Positions 36,360 through 51,213 of a stretch of DNA of 64,000 bases are shown piece by piece. The translations under genes and the position numbers were made by a program. This DNA comes from Squalus acanthias (lineage: Eukaryota). Numbering within the stretch: position 1 is the first letter of the stretch; the number at the start of each line of letters is the position of its first letter. Where the stretch lies: positions 11,842,001 through 11,906,000 of the forward strand of contig CM059432.1 of NCBI GenBank assembly GCA_030390025.1, given 5' to 3'. Under the pieces are notes generated by a model. That model did not search any database and was not told the origin of the DNA. It was given only the letters and a program-made list of their open reading frames with translations.

Positions 36360-38790
36360 GTATCAGACCTCCACGTAGAAGAACATCTGGGCAACGGCGA
36401 TCATATCATTAGATTTAAGTTGATTACCCAATTTAATGTTGATGCCAGATTTTAGGAAAGGTACATTTTTAAGAATGAGGGGGATTTGGGGTAATGTTGA
36501 TTGGGAGATGATACTAGGTAGGGAAAACTGCAGTGCTGGTGACAAATGGAACGTTTTAGAGCCACACAAATGGACAAAGAAGCCGTGTAAGTCCCTCAGA
36601 TTAAAAGGAGGTTGCATGGTAAAATGAAACCAAAATGGCTTAATGGTGAAGTCCAAAAACTAAAGAAATACTTTACCAGACACAATGAAAATAGCACGAG
36701 AATAGGGGCAGATATAGAAGTCAATTGAGGGTAACAAAATCAGTTATTGGATTTGCTGAATGAACAGAAAAAAGTGAATAGGGCTGGTAGTGACAGCCAG
36801 TTATTTTTTCTCAGTTTTGTTGGGCGTTAGAGTGATCAAGGGCTATAGAGGGCAGGGCATATTAGGGTAGAGTCCCAAGATATGGCCGAGGTGCTGAATG
36901 GTTACAACAGTACTGAGGGCGTGTTTGCACTGTCGGAGATGCCGTCTTTCGGATGAGATGTTGAACCGAATCTCTGTCTGCCCTCTCAGATGGATGTAAA
37001 AGGTTGCATAGCACTATTTTGAAGAGGAGCTGGGGAGTTCGCCCCAATATCCTGGCCAATATTGATCCCTCAACCAACACCTAAAAACAGATGATCTGTT
37101 TGTGGGAGCTTGCTGTGCGCAAATTGGCTGCTGTGTTTCCTACATTACAACAGTGACTGCACTTCAAAAAGTGCTCATTGGCTGTAAAGAGCTTTGGGAT
37201 GTGCTGAGGTCGTGAAAGGCGCTATATAAATGCAAGTTCTTTCTTGCTTTGCATTTGTTTTCACTACTGAAATTTCTGCTGAGTTAATAATGCTGATAGG
37301 TAGATGCAATGCAATGCTAAAATTGAATCCGCGAAAGTTGATCAAAGTAGTCCTGGTTAGAATTAGAAAAGAGTCAGGCAAATAGGTTGCTTGTCTCGAT
37401 GGCATTCACTCTAGGGTACAAATAGAAATGGGGACGGTATTATGCCAGCTGCTTCAACAGTTTGTTGAGTTTTGGGATGGTTCCCATGGACTGGAGGGAG
37501 GCCCATGTGGTTCCTATATTTAAAAAAGGGAGAAAATTGGAACGTGGGACATATAGCCCAGTTAGTTTGACGTCAATTACAGGCAAGCTGCCAGAATGTT
37601 CTACTAGAGAAGTGCTTATGATCATTTGGAAAAAGCAGCTGCTATTAGAGAATCACAACATGGCTTTTGGAAATGGGGAGCCACCTTACCAACTTAGTCA
37701 AATTTTTTGAAGAGGTTAAAGTTGGTGGATGTTGGCAGCCCTGTTACTATTGCGCACCTAGATTGCTAAATAGCCTTCAATAAAGTGCTGTACAGAAGAC
37801 TTTAAAGTAAGGTTGCGTCCTATGGGTTGTCAGTCAAATTTTAAGCTGGATTACAAATTTGTTGCATTTGCATTGGTAGATGGCAAGTTGTAGCAGCTCT
37901 TCAAGCGGTGCGGTCACTAGCGGAAGCCCACGGGAATCAGTGTTAGAACCATTGCTCTTTGCCATCTTCATCGATGATTTTGATGAAGACATCGTGGGTA
38001 AAATCTCGGTTTGCTGTGTAGGAGTTAGGACTTTAATCAAAATAACTAGAGAGCATGCTGATCTAGATACGTTTGGGGCATGGGCTCAGATGTTGCAAGT
38101 GTCCTTCAATGTGGATAAATGCAGTGTGATGTCTTTGGGCTAGGGTAATTCCATGTACGTGTACACGTTTGCAGGGTTACTCTCTTACGGCTGTGGAAGA
38201 GGACAGGGAGCAGTGGTTCCTGGAGCACTGAAGGTCCATGACCAGTGTCATGGGACCATGGCAAAATCAAATAGGGAGTTAGAATGTATCGCTAGGACAG
38301 TTGAATACAAAACTAGAAATACAATGCTTGTGCCATACAAAATCTTGGTACAGTCACATCGAGAATTGTGCCCAGTTTTAGTCCACTCACAAGGTGGTGG
38401 ATATTGAGGCTCTGGAGAAGGTCCCAAGGAGAGAGACAGTAGAATGATACCTAATCTTAGGGCTTAGTTATCAGGATAGGCTTAGGGACCTGCAGCTTTT
38501 AAACAGTTGAATAGATCTAGACTTCAAAAGGGCTATGATTGAGATCCTGTAAATGATGAAGAGAATAGACTGTGTTTTGGGCGAATAGGTTATTTGAACT
38601 AGATAGGGAGGGCGAACCGGGGGGCATCAGCTCAAAATAAGAAAACAGTTAGGTTAAATGCCAGAAAATACTTCTGGAACCAGTTGCCAGTATGTGTCAC
38701 GAGCGTGACTTTATTGCAGACCTGCAAAAGGGAGCTGGATGACTTCCTGCGAGTGGAAGGCACCTTGCTACAGAAGGTAGGTGGGGCAAT
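36360..38790 (+). mobile_element. Old CR1 LINE interrupted by a Deu SINE (about 36905-37245)
   Basis: VPMDWREAHVVPIFKKG, SVLEPLLFAIFIDD, FNVDKCSVM. Confidence 0.75.
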
Positions 38791-39923
38791 CTGTGATCAG
38801 TGCAATCAGTTACAGCAATCTTCTGGAGCTCTCGATTGACCTCCAGGGATCTGAGAGGAATTTCCTAGTGTGCGGTTTTATCCTTCAAATGGCTTAAGCT
38901 TGCTTTCCTCTGTTCTTTTGCCTCTCCTAAGAAGATTGCATAACTGTGGGTGGGAGTGGACGGCCCATGTAGGTTGTACCATGTCTGGATAGACCAGTTG
39001 GTCTTTTCTCATCATGATCACCGTTAAAGTAATTCCATAATTATTCAAAAGGTGGTGCTCATGGTTACCAGCAAAGAGCATCACTACAGTGTGGCATTTC
39101 CTCCCAAGGCTGAGACTACTAAAATGCCGTACCAAACAATAGCACATAATCTCAAATATCCAATGGACTCAAAACCACAGTAAATAGCTCAACCTGTGCT
39201 CCCTAGCTAGTTGAGGGGAAATGTAAGTTAGTACATCAAAATCTTGAAATGTTGTAAAATAACCTTTGCTCATAGACAGAGGGCAATTTAAAAAAGCCAA
39301 GTTCAACTAAGTTGCCAGACCACTGATCATGAGTCAGCACCATACTACATGATGCATTTAACAACAAACTGAAAAGACTTTATAATGACAAAAGTTATTG
39401 AGATAGCAGCTGGTAGCTGCATCACAAATCAGCAAAAATCTTTTAAGACCTTCTTGCATCACCTCCCCACCCCACCAATCAATACCACTGCATTATTCAT
39501 TTCTGCAGCCGAGGGGTCGTCTCCCTAAACTTTGCTTGTGCTGCTTGAGCCAACTGCTACAAATCGCCCAAATACAATTTAGTGATATTTCACAGATTTA
39601 TCTCTTTCAATTTAGCCGAGGTCAGGAACTCAACTGATGGAGATAAAGTGCATCCCTCTACTGAACCAGCCGCCAGGAGGTGCACATCATCATTTTAGGG
39701 GGAAGGGGCGAGTGGGAAGGATTTAAGATTTGCCTTATAGGAAGGTGAAAACTGCCACGGTGAGATGATCAATGTCTCACCCTCAAGATTCATTATGATT
39801 AGTGACAACTGTGGTTTCTCTTTTATTCCAAAATCTAAAGATTAGAAGCACTTGGGACTGCAAAAGGCTCAATTCCCCATTCAGAACGGTTATGCCATTG
39901 TATAGACCAAAAATACAAATCTA

Positions 39924-40067
<144 letters not shown>

Positions 40068-40244
40068 TTACTCCATGCATTGTCGAATGAACCAATATTT
40101 CAGTTATATAGTTACGATTAAATCCAAATATTCACATTTTAAATATCTTGGCATATTTAAATCTGAAAAAATGTTTGCATTTACAAATAGAATGTCCTTG
40201 TACTCTAAATCTTTGGTTTCGGTATGCAAAATCTCTTACATAGG

Positions 40245-42830
40245 ATATACGGCACAGAAACAGGCCATTCGGCCCAACCAGTCCATGCCGGCGTTTATGC
40301 TCCACTCAAACCTCCTCCCGTCTTTCCTCATCTAACTCTATCAGCATAATCCTCTATTCCCTTCTTCCTCATATCCTTATCTAGCCGCCCCTTAAATGCA
40401 TCTATATTATTTGCTTCAACCACTCCCTGTGGTAGCGAATTCCACATTCTCACCACTCTCTGGGTAAAGAAGTTTCTTCTGAATTCCCTATTTGGTTTCT
40501 TGGTGACCATCTTATATTGATGGCCTCTAGATTTGCTCTTCCCCACAAGTGGAAACACACATCCTGTGTCTACTCTATCAAAACTTTTCATAATTTTAAA
40601 GACCTCTATTCGGTCACCCCTCAGTCTTCTCTTTTCAAGAGAAGAGACCTAGCCTGTTCATCCTTTCCTGATAGAACATTTCTGGCATCATCTTTGTAAA
40701 TTTTTTTTGCACTCTCTCCAGTGCCTCTATATCCTTTTTATAATATGGCTATCAGAATTGTATGCAGTACTCAAACTGTGGTCCAGCCAAGGTTCGATAC
40801 AAGTTTAGCATAACTTCTCTACTTTTCAATTCAATCCCTCTAGAAATAAACCCTAGTGCTTAGTTTGCTTTTTTTTATGGCCTTGTTAACCTGTGTCGCT
40901 ACTTCTAGTGATTTGTGTATTTGTACTGAGATCCCTTTGCTCTTCTACCCCATTTAGATGCGTATTTTCCAAGTAATATGTGACCTCCCCATTTTTCTGA
41001 CCAAAATGTAATACCTCACATTTATCTGTGTTGAATTTCATTTGCCAATTATATGCCTATTCTTCAAGTTTATTAATGTATTCTTGTAATTTGTTGCAGT
41101 CCTCCTCAGTATTGACTATCCCCCCCCAATTTGGTATCATCTGCAAATTTAGAAATTGTGTTTTTGATTCCAAAGTCTAAATCGTTAATATAAATTGTGA
41201 ACAACAGTGGTCTCAGCACTAATCCTTGTGGAACACCACTTCCCACCAGAATAGCTACCCACTCTGAATAGCTACCCTTTACCCCTACTCTGCTTTCTGT
41301 CTTGAAGCCAGCTAGTTATTCATTCTGCTACTTGTCCCCTGACTCCGCATTCTCTGACCTTATTCATTAGTCTATTATGTGGTACCTTATCGAAGGCCTT
41401 TTGAAAATCTAGATACATTACATCTACTGCATTACCCTTGTCTACTCCCTGTTATCTCTTCAAAAAATTCAATGAGGTTGGTCAAGCAAGACTTTCCCTT
41501 CTGAAATCCATGCTGACTATTCATTGCTATATTTTTGGTTTCTAGATGTTCTTCTATTTTCTCCTTTAGCAGGGATTCCATTACTTGTCTTACCACCAAT
41601 GCTAAGCTGGCTGGTCTATAGTTCCCTGGACATGTTCTATCTCCCTTCTTAAATATAGGTATAACATTAGCTATCTGCCAGTCCTCTGGCACTACACCTT
41701 GTTACAACAAATTATTAAATATGTGTAGTAATGCCTCTGCTAGCTCTTCCCTAGTTTCTTTTAAAATGCGCGTATGTAATCCGTCCAGACCAGGGGTTTT
41801 ATCCTCCGAGTTTGATTAGTTTGTTTAATATTTATCCTATTTTTATTTTAAATGCAGTTATCTCATTTCTAATCTCATCATCCGATGTTATGTCCACCTG
41901 TTCTGTTTCCCTGGTAAATACTGAAGCAAAGTAATTATTTAATATTTCTACCATCTCTCTATCGCCGCCTGTGATATTACCCTATCCATCCCTTAGTGGT
42001 CCTACTCTCATCCTGACTTCCCTTTCTTTTATTTATGTGTCTGTAAAATATTTTACTATTTTGTTTTATGTTCCTTGATAATTTAATTTCATAGTTCCTT
42101 TTTGCCTTTCTAATTTTTTTTTACTTCTCTCCAAATCTCTTTTTATTCTCTCTTGTCATGCTCTCCCCTGCTGTCCATGTACTTAGTGTATGCCTCTTTC
42201 TTTGCCCTCAATTTCTTCTTACATCTTTATACATCCATGGTGTTGCATTAGTGTTTAGCTTGTTCTTTTTTTTTGGCGGAATATATTTTTCCTGGACTCT
42301 GCTGAACACCGTTTTAAATATTTCCCACTGCTGTTCTACATCGTTGTTTGCCAATATTGTTGTCGATTTTATTTTCCCAACTTCTTTTCTCCGCCCCTCA
42401 AAAATTGGCTTTTCTCCAATCTATTACCCTCTTCATTGTCATACTTATGTCCTTCTCAATTATTATCTTAAAAAGCGTATTATATTATGATCACTATTGC
42501 CTAGATGTTCCCCCATTACTTATTTTACCTGCTCTGCTTCATTACCCATTACTAGATCCAATAGTGAATCCTCCCTTGTTGGGCTTCTAACATATTGGGT
42601 TAGAAAGGAGTCCTGTACACATTGTAGGAACTCCATCCACTTTTCCCCTTTACCTATTAATAGCTGGCCAATTAATATCGGGGCAGTTGAAATCCCCATA
42701 TTATTCTTCTATGTTTTTTACTAATTTCTCTAATTTGTTTGCATATTCTTCCTCCGCCTCCCTTCCACTATTAGGTGGTCTGTAGACTACCCCTATTAGT
42801 GTGATTGATCCTTTATTATCTTTTATCTCT
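40245..42830 (-). mobile_element. CR1 LINE, decayed (about 2.6 kb)
   Basis: PEDWQIANVIPIFKKGDRTCPGNYRP...QHGFQKGKSCLTNLIEFF; RRNFFTQRVVRMWNSLP. Confidence 0.9.
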
Positions 42831-43269
42831 ATCTTCATTTCAGTTTTAATCTATCTCCCTCCCCAGTTTTTTTTTTTAGGATCATTCCCAACTTGATTCA
42901 TCCAAAAGAAGTTACGTAAGAAAGTTGATTTGCCAGCTAGCATAATTTCCAAAAATCTGAATTTGAGTTTCAAGATTTGGTTAAGAACACGCAGTGAGTA
43001 ACATTCTCCGATCCAACAAAAATCACAAAAGTGACTCTAAAAAATTTAAGTCCCACTGACTGTGATGGACAAGCTAGTTCCCCATTTCAGTTCTGGTCTA
43101 TCCACAATTTCTCCCCGGTCTCTCCATCTGCTTTGTCACATCTTTGCATCTCAGCAACCTTGTCGTCAGTGTCCAGGCAGACTCCTGCATTAGCTCAATC
43201 CAATTGAAAATGAAAGCTCATAAGCTCCTCAAATCCGAATCCACCATCTCCCATTAAACAAAATACATT

Positions 43270-43999
43270 GGCCCGAATTTTGCATTGAGAATAACGGTGA
43301 GCCTAACAGCGCTCACCGTAATTGTGGAGTAAATCGGACAGCCACTTCCGGAGTACGCACATGCGCAGTTAAACGCGGAAATCCGGAAGTAGCGGTCTGA
43401 GTTACCCTGCTCCTCCACATGCTGCGCTATAATGGTACCTCGCCGATAGACTCGGCATTGAAATCAATGCAAGGGCATGAAGTTGTGGTACGTACCCACT
43501 AAAACAGCAGAAAAAGTTAGGGCTGGTGCATTCAGGTGTAAGTGAATTTTTAACGTTGTGATCAGTCATAATTACTGCCAATCAACCTCTCTGGACCTGA
43601 AAATTTAATTTTACAAGTGTGGAGTCTCATTCCTTCAGAATTTAATTAGTGTTGGAAATGTTTTTTAAATTAATTTTTTTTTTTTACTTTTTCTGTCTGT
43701 CTCTTATCTCTCTCTCTCCCAATCTCTATTTCGCTTTCTGTACATGATTTAAATCTAATTTATACTTCCTGGTTCAGAGACTGCGTGTCTCAGTGAGCAT
43801 TCTTCAATCTGACTGGTTGAAGCGCCTCGCTGTTGCTTGCCCTCACACATGCCACAGATCCCGTCGAGGGCGCTGCGCTGGATCAGACACCCGATGACAG
43901 CAAGTCTCCGCTCAAAAGCCCGCGAAAACTCTGTGGGCAGCTGTCAGCGTAGTGAACGGCAAGCACCGTCCCTTCGCCGCTGACCGCAAAATCTGGGCC
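43270..43999. mobile_element. Harbinger-like MITE
   Basis: TIR GGCCCGAATTTTGC / GCAAAATCTGGGCC; flanks ATT and AAT. Confidence 0.65.
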
Positions 44000-44162
44000 A
44001 ATGTTTAAAACAAACTGTTCAATGTAAATTAAATTAGATTATAGCATTTAAACTTTGCTTCTTCAGATAGATAAAAATATTAGAAAAGCTAGATATAACC
44101 AGTAAAACAAATTAAAACTGAGCGTTATCCAGAAATTTTAATAAAAATCACATTCGACTCAC

Positions 44163-44233
44163 TTTTCTGGATTCTCAGGATGAGGTCGATATATCAGTCT
44201 TTCATCTACTGACACAAGGTTAGAAAGAGTTAT
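44163..44233 (-). CDS. PRELID3A: PRELID3A coding exon 4
   Basis: ttacag|ATA ACT CTT...CCA GAA AA|gtgagt, 71 nt; [23 protein letters not shown](K). Confidence 0.95.
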
Positions 44234-44894
44234 CTGTAAGAGAAGAATTGAAGAAGATTGGATCTCAAGTGAAATGATGTATTCCCATTCACAGAATCTT
44301 AACTGTTCTTTCAACATCAAATATATAGAACCCGAGGGCTGTGCACCAACAAAGAAAGGTTTGTTCAAACATTAAAGCCCCTGTCTCAACTTTGATGAGT
44401 TGGTGCTTAATATAGCAGATAGGTACCATATAGCAGAATGACTGAAGGTAGTCCCATCCTGGAGTTTCCACCAGCATTGGGAAGGGATAGTAATTGTAAG
44501 TCACTTTTGGAGTGAAGAAAGGAAAAGCGAAAACATTTCTACTTTTCACCTGTTTTTCCTGAATTAGTGGCTATGGGATGAGCCTACCCTCAGCCTGAGA
44601 GAAGATCCGATCCACTTTGATAGTTTTGGACCTATCACTACAATGGATTCTAGATGATCTGTAGGTTTTGAAGCTTTCTAAGCAACATCCCAGCTATTCC
44701 AGTATACCTATGACACGATGGACGATTGCCCAGATATGATCTATCGAAAAAAAAATCAGGGTAAGTCCAACGTGGGAAATTACCACCTAACACCCTCAGG
44801 GAAGGAGTCAATAGCAAAATTCAACAAAACCTACTCATCGACACTCAAGTGTTCCGGCAGAACCACTCAGCTCCAGACCTCATCACAAGCATTG

Positions 44895-46167
44895 CTTAAG
44901 ATTAAAAAATCACGGGATTGGGGGTAATATTCTGGCATGGATAGAGGATTGGCTATCTAACAGAAGGCAGAGAGTTGGGATAAATGGTTCATTCTCAGAC
45001 TGGCAATCAGTAACTAGTGGTGTTCCGCAGGGGTCAGTGCTGGGTCCCCAACTCTTTACAATCTATATTAACGATTTGGAGGAGGGGACCGAGTGTAACA
45101 TATCAAAGTTTGCAGATGATACTAAGATGGGAAGGAAAGTAGTGAGTGAGGAGGACATAAAAAATCTGCAAGGGGACATAGACAGGCTAAGTAAGTGGGC
45201 AGAGATTTGGCAGATGGAATACAATACTGGAAAGTGTGAGGTTATGCACTTTGGCAGGAAAAATAGTAGAGCAAGTTATTATCTTAATGGCAAGAAATTG
45301 GAAAGTACTGAAGTACAAAGGGATCTGGGGGTCCTGGTGCACAAAACTCAAAAGGTTAGTATGCAGGTGCAGCAAGTGATTAAGAAGGCCAATGGAATGT
45401 TGGCTTTCATTGCTAGGGGGATAGAATATAAAAATAGGGAGGTATTGCTTCAGCTGTACAAGGTATTGGTGAGACCACACCTGGAATACTGCATACAGTT
45501 TTGGTGTCCATACTTAAGAAAAGACATACTTGCTCTCGAGTCAGTACAAAGAAGGTTCACTCGGTTAATCCCGGGGATGAGGGGATGGACATATGAGGAG
45601 AGGTTGGGTAGATTGGGACTCTACGCATTGGAGTTCAGAAGAATGAGAGGCGATCTTATTGAAACATATAAGATTGTGAAGGGGTTGGATTGGGTGGATG
45701 CGGGGAGGATGTTCCCGATGATGGGTGAAACTAGAATTGGGGGCATAGTCTTAGAATAAGGGGCTGCTCTTTCAAAACGGAGATGAGAAGGAACTACTTC
45801 ACTCAGAGGGTGGTAGGTCCATGGAATATGCTGCCCCAAAAAGCTGTGGAAGCTACAACATTACATAAATTTAAAACAGAAATAGACAGTTTCCTAGAAG
45901 TAAAGGGAATTAAGGGTTACGGGGAGCAGGCAGGAATTTGGACATGAGTCTAGGTTCGGATCGGTCATGGCCCTGTGGGTAGCATAGCGGGCCCAGGGGC
46001 CGTGTAGCCTGATCCTGCTCCTATTTCGTGTGTCCAATTCTGTTAGGTTCAGGAGATGGTTCTGTGATAGTAGATTGGCGGTTAGGATCAGATCAGCCAT
46101 GATCTTATTGAATGGCGGAGCAGGCTCGAGGGGCCAATTGGCCTACTCCTGCTCCTATTTCTTATGT
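44895..46167 (+). mobile_element. Young 5'-truncated CR1 LINE with a doubled 3' tail
   Basis: 240-aa open RT C-terminal stretch ([13 protein letters not shown]...KFADDTK...RPHLEYC); inserted in a different LINE. Confidence 0.9.
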
Positions 46168-46584
46168 ACACAAGAGGAGAATGGTAGAGGAGAGGTGTTA
46201 TTAGCTGTCCTCATAAAATTAAGTATGGCACCAAGGAGCCCAAGCAAAACTACAGTCATAGGGGTCAGGTGGCTGGAGTCATACCTGACACAAAGAAAGA
46301 TGGCTGTGGTTGTCGCAGGCCAATGATCGCAACCCCAGGATCTCACTGCAGGAACTCCTTAGGGAAGGGTCCTTGGCCCAACTGTCTTCAGCTGCTTAAT
46401 AAATGACCTTACTTCTGTCAGAAGATTAAGAATGAGGCTTTTCACTGAAGATTTTACAGTGAACAGCTCCATTCACAACTCCTGATAACGAAGCATCCCA
46501 TGCTAGCCTACAGCAACACATGGATAACATCAAAGCTTAGGCTGACAATTGGTGGGTAACATTCGCACCACATAAGCGACCAGG

Positions 46585-47567
46585 ACCTACTGGAATGCTA
46601 CTTCTGGACCTGGCACCTCCACCCCAATCTAGAGAAGACAGTTTTGTCGGCGTTCCATCTGAACAACAATGTCGGCAGGAAAAAACTTAACGTTTCATTC
46701 TGTGGAAGGAGACTTACCCATGAACCCCACCCAAAATACCTGGACAGGACTCTCAACCTATCGGCCGCATCTCACCAACACCGGTCAAAAAGTAAAACCA
46801 GGGTGAACCTGGTCTGGAAACTCGCTGGAGTGTCACGGGGGAAGCACAGCCAGAACACTTCGCACTGCAACAGTGGCCCTCGTCTACTCTGCTGCAGCAT
46901 ACCGCTCTGCCTCATGGTCCTGCAGCCGCCACACAAAGATCGTGGACGTGCAGCTAAACACCGCCATGAGGATGGTGTCAGGGATGCTCAAGTCCACTCC
47001 AACTGAGTGGCTGCCGGTGCTGTCCCACATCGCCCCGCCTGCCATTCCCCGCGATGCCACCATGCTCAGAGATGGAAAAATCCATGAGCGACACCGACCT
47101 TCACATTCACAAAGACTTGGAAAAACCCATCTCGAAAGCGCTTAAAATTGCGCCGGCCATTCTGGGAAACAGCAGCCAATATTCATGCAGCTGGTATCAA
47201 CCCACTATCCAGATGGACAGAATCGTGGGACACATGCAACAAAAAGAACCAACACCTCATCACTGACCCAACAGCAGAGGTCCCTGACTTCGACCTCCCT
47301 CGAAGACAGTGTGGACGGCGCTCAACCCAATCCGCACAGGGCACGGACGATGCGCCCACCAGCTCCACAAGTGGAAGATGAGGGACGATCCCAAAGTGCG
47401 ACTGTGGGCATGAGTCCCAGACCATGGAACACATCGCATCAACCTGCCCACTGAGATCTGTTGCGGGAGGCACCTCATTTCTCAACTCGGCATCTCAGGA
47501 GGCCATCGAATGGACAGCCAAACTAGACATCCCATTATAAGCTTTTTCCATCATAGGAAACAACAAC
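46585..47567 (+). mobile_element. Vingi/Ingi-like (I-group) LINE 3' fragment
   Basis: ALVYSAAAY...W...HTKIVDVQLNTAMRMVSGMLKSTPTEWLPVLSHIAPP and C-terminal knuckle CDCGHESQTMEHIASTCP; (CAA)n tail. Confidence 0.7.
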
Positions 47568-50009
47568 AGTGGCAGGTAATGGCCATCTTGTACAAGAGAA
47601 AGCCTGACATTCAATGACACCACCATGGCTGAGTCCTCAACATCCTGGAGACCATTACTGACTAGAAGCTGAACTGAACCAGCCATATCAACATCATGGC
47701 TTCAAGAGCAGAGCAGGGGCTCGGTACTGTGACAAGTGGCTCACCTCCTGACCCTCAAAGCTTCTCCACCATCTTCAAGGCTCAAGTCAAGATTGTGATG
47801 GAATACTCATCATAGGCCTGGATAGGTGCAGCTGAAACAACAACTTGCATGTATATAGCACCTTTAATGTAGTAAAACATCCCAAAGCACTTCAGGAGTG
47901 TAATCAAACAAAAATTGACACTGAACCAAAGAAGGAGACATTAGGATGGTCAAACAGGTAGGTTCTAAGGAGCATTTTAAAACAGGTGGAGGAGTTTAGC
48001 TAGGGAATCACAGCGCTTAAGGTTGAGACAGCTAAAGGCATGGCCGCCAATGGTGAGGTAAAGGAAGTTGGCGATGTACAAGAGGCCAGAATAGGAGGAA
48101 CGTGGTTCTCGGTGGGCTGGAGAAGCTTAGAGATAGGGAGGGGTGAGACGAGGTCATGGAGGGATTTGAAAACAAGGATGAGAATTTTAATTTTGAGCGA
48201 GCACAAAGGTGATGAATGAATCGGAAATACTACTCATAAAGCTGGTATCAGTAATGGTGACCATGATTGTCGTAAAAACCCATCTGGTTCACTAATGTCC
48301 TTTAGGGAAGGAAACCTGCTGCCCTTACCCAGTCCGGCCTATATGTGACTCCAGACCTACAGCAATGTGGTTGACTCTTAACTGCCCTCTGGAATGGCCT
48401 AGCAAGCCACTCAGTTGCATCAAACCGCTAGGAAAACACCTCACAGACTGCAGCGGTCCACGAAGGTGGCTCACCACCACCTTCTCAAGGGCAGTTAGGG
48501 ATGGGCAATAAATGCTGGCTTTGCCAGCAATGCCCACATCCCATGAATGAAGAAAAATGAAGCCCATCATCATCCTGGACAGTACAGTTGTTTAATTGGC
48601 ACCCCTTCCACTGAACTCAGTATCCACCTCCTCCATCACAGGCGTACTGTGACTGCAATGTGTATGATCGATCGGAGGCACTGCAGCAACTCAAAGATTA
48701 CTTTGACAACACGTCCCTCCTCTACAACAGAGAAGGACAAGAACTGCCATGTCATGGGAGCGTCACTTCCAAGTCACACCATTCCGACTTGGACATAAGC
48801 TGCTGTGGAATTCCCTACCTAATACCATTGTGGGAGCACCATCGGCACAAGGACTGCAGCAGTTCAAGGAGGAGGCACAACACCATCTTCTCTGGGCAAC
48901 AAATGTTAACTCGCCAGTGTCGCCCACATCCAGAGAACAAATAAACAAAAAGTACTGTCTACTTGCCTTCTCTGAATAAAGATAGATCTGGTAGTTTCTC
49001 TCGTCAGAAAATCCAAAGTTTTTATACATGTATCGAGCTGCATTCCTCACATTTGCACCAAAGCCTTGTCTGTCAAATCATTCTGAGCAACTTGTTTATG
49101 AATAAACTCAACTCAATGTGCTTGGTAGGAAGCTTTTACTGAATGCTCTGTAATTAAAGGTGTCTACCTCATCTTAATGTCATTTCTGGAGCTCAGGTGT
49201 TTTCTGTGTATTTGAAATTTAATGAACCGAGTCTATACCTGACAAAAATCACTGGGGAATTTAGCTATAGTTTGTAAAAACAGAGGATCAACAGTTGTCA
49301 TGGAATCTCTGTCGAGTACTTCAGGTCTGCACAAGACCAGTACAAATTTCTGATGCTGTATTGTAGAAGCTCACAAGCATAAAGCAAGATGAAAACCTGG
49401 GAAGGCAAATAAGGTGGACAAGTTCACCTGGTTCATAATTATAAATGTCTATTATTTTTCAGAGAAATTTCTCTTTAGGGTCCAAGTAGACATTACTAAG
49501 CACCACCAATAAAAACCAAAGAGATGGTCCCAAAACGACAACTTGCATTTATATAACGCCTTTAACATAGTAAAATGTTCCAAGATGCTCCACAGGAGCG
49601 ATTATCAAACATAATTTGACACCGACCCACATAAGGAGATATTAGGACAGGTGACCAAAAGCTTGGGCAAAGGAGGAGAGAAAGGTAGAGAGGCGGAGAG
49701 GTTTAGGGAGGGAAACCTGAGCTTAGGGTTTCGGCAGCTGAAGGTATGGCCACCAATGGTGGAGTGATGAAAATTGGGGATGCGCAAGACGTCAGAATTG
49801 GAGGAGTGCAGAGATTTTGGAGGGTTATAGGGCTTTATAGGTTAGAGAGATAGGGAGGGGTCGAGGCCATAAACAAGGACAGAGCCTCCTTTCAGACACA
49901 AGTAGTTTATACGAAGGTAATGGACATGATCAACACTGATGCTATGGTGTTGATCAGCAGCAAGAGGACATGGCCTGAGCTGAGGAACCCACATGTTGAT
50001 GTGCTTCTT

Positions 50010-50480
50010 AAAGAAAGAAGATGTTACCTTTATATAGCGCCTTTCACGACACCAGGACGTGCCAAAGTGCTTCACAGCCAATTCAATACTTCTGAAGTGC
50101 AGTCACTGTTGTAAAATAGGGAAGCATAGCAGCCAATTTGCACATAGCAAGCTCCCACAAAAAACAATTAATTAAATGACCAGATAATCTTTTTCTTTGA
50201 TGTTGTTGGTTGAGGGAAAGATATCGGCCTGGACATTAGGAGAACTCCCCTGCTCTTCTTTGAAAAGTGCCATGGCATTTTTTACGTCCATAAGAGAGCG
50301 CAGACGGGAGGCTCGGTTTAACGTCTCATCTGAAAGATGGTATCTCCGACAATGCAGTACTCCTTCAGTACTGCACTCGAGTGCCAGCCTAGATTATGCA
50401 CTCAAGTTTCTGAAATAGGGCTCGAACCTATGACCTTCTGACTCAGAGGCAGGAGTGCGACCATGAGCCAAGTCTGACAC
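50010..50480 (-). mobile_element. Deu-domain SINE
   Basis: Same family as the other Deu SINE copies. Confidence 0.8.
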
Positions 50481-51114
50481 TGTCTTCTCAAACATTAGAA
50501 GAACTCGACCAATAAGATGACAATTTTAAAAGTCTGGTTCTCCACTGTGTCCTCATTCAGCCGTCTGAATCGATTCAGTTCATTCAAGAGTTTCCATTGG
50601 CATCTCTGCTTCATGGCAAATAAAGTCCCAGAAGTTTGCAGGGATTAAGCTCCCTGAAAATAAGTAACGGATAACTATTCCTCTCCAACAACATTCTCAC
50701 ACGATTATCCTCAACCTTTCCTGTACAGTTTCCTCACCAGTAAACCGTTGCAATAACTTGCACTCCAGGAAGGTGCATGCTCATCAGTCTTAAGCAACTT
50801 GACTGGTACCAGAGGTTCATGCAATTCTGTCAAAGCTAATGCAAATCTCTAGCCTATTAGTGCGATGAGGATTTTGATACCAAAAGAACTCCAAAGAGCT
50901 CGAGATGTAGCTTGCAAGTGGTCATTTGTAGGGATGGAGGAGAGCGCCTAATTCAATAACGCAAAGCTTTTTAAAAGGGACAGTATCCCTGGTGTTTCTA
51001 CTGTAGAACGCCAGTTTCTAATTTTTAAAAAGTTGAACAGAGGAGGGAGAAAAAGCATTGACTATATGTACATTACTATATAGATGTTCCATTGTATTAG
51101 GAGTTTCAAATTCA

Positions 51115-51213
<99 letters not shown>

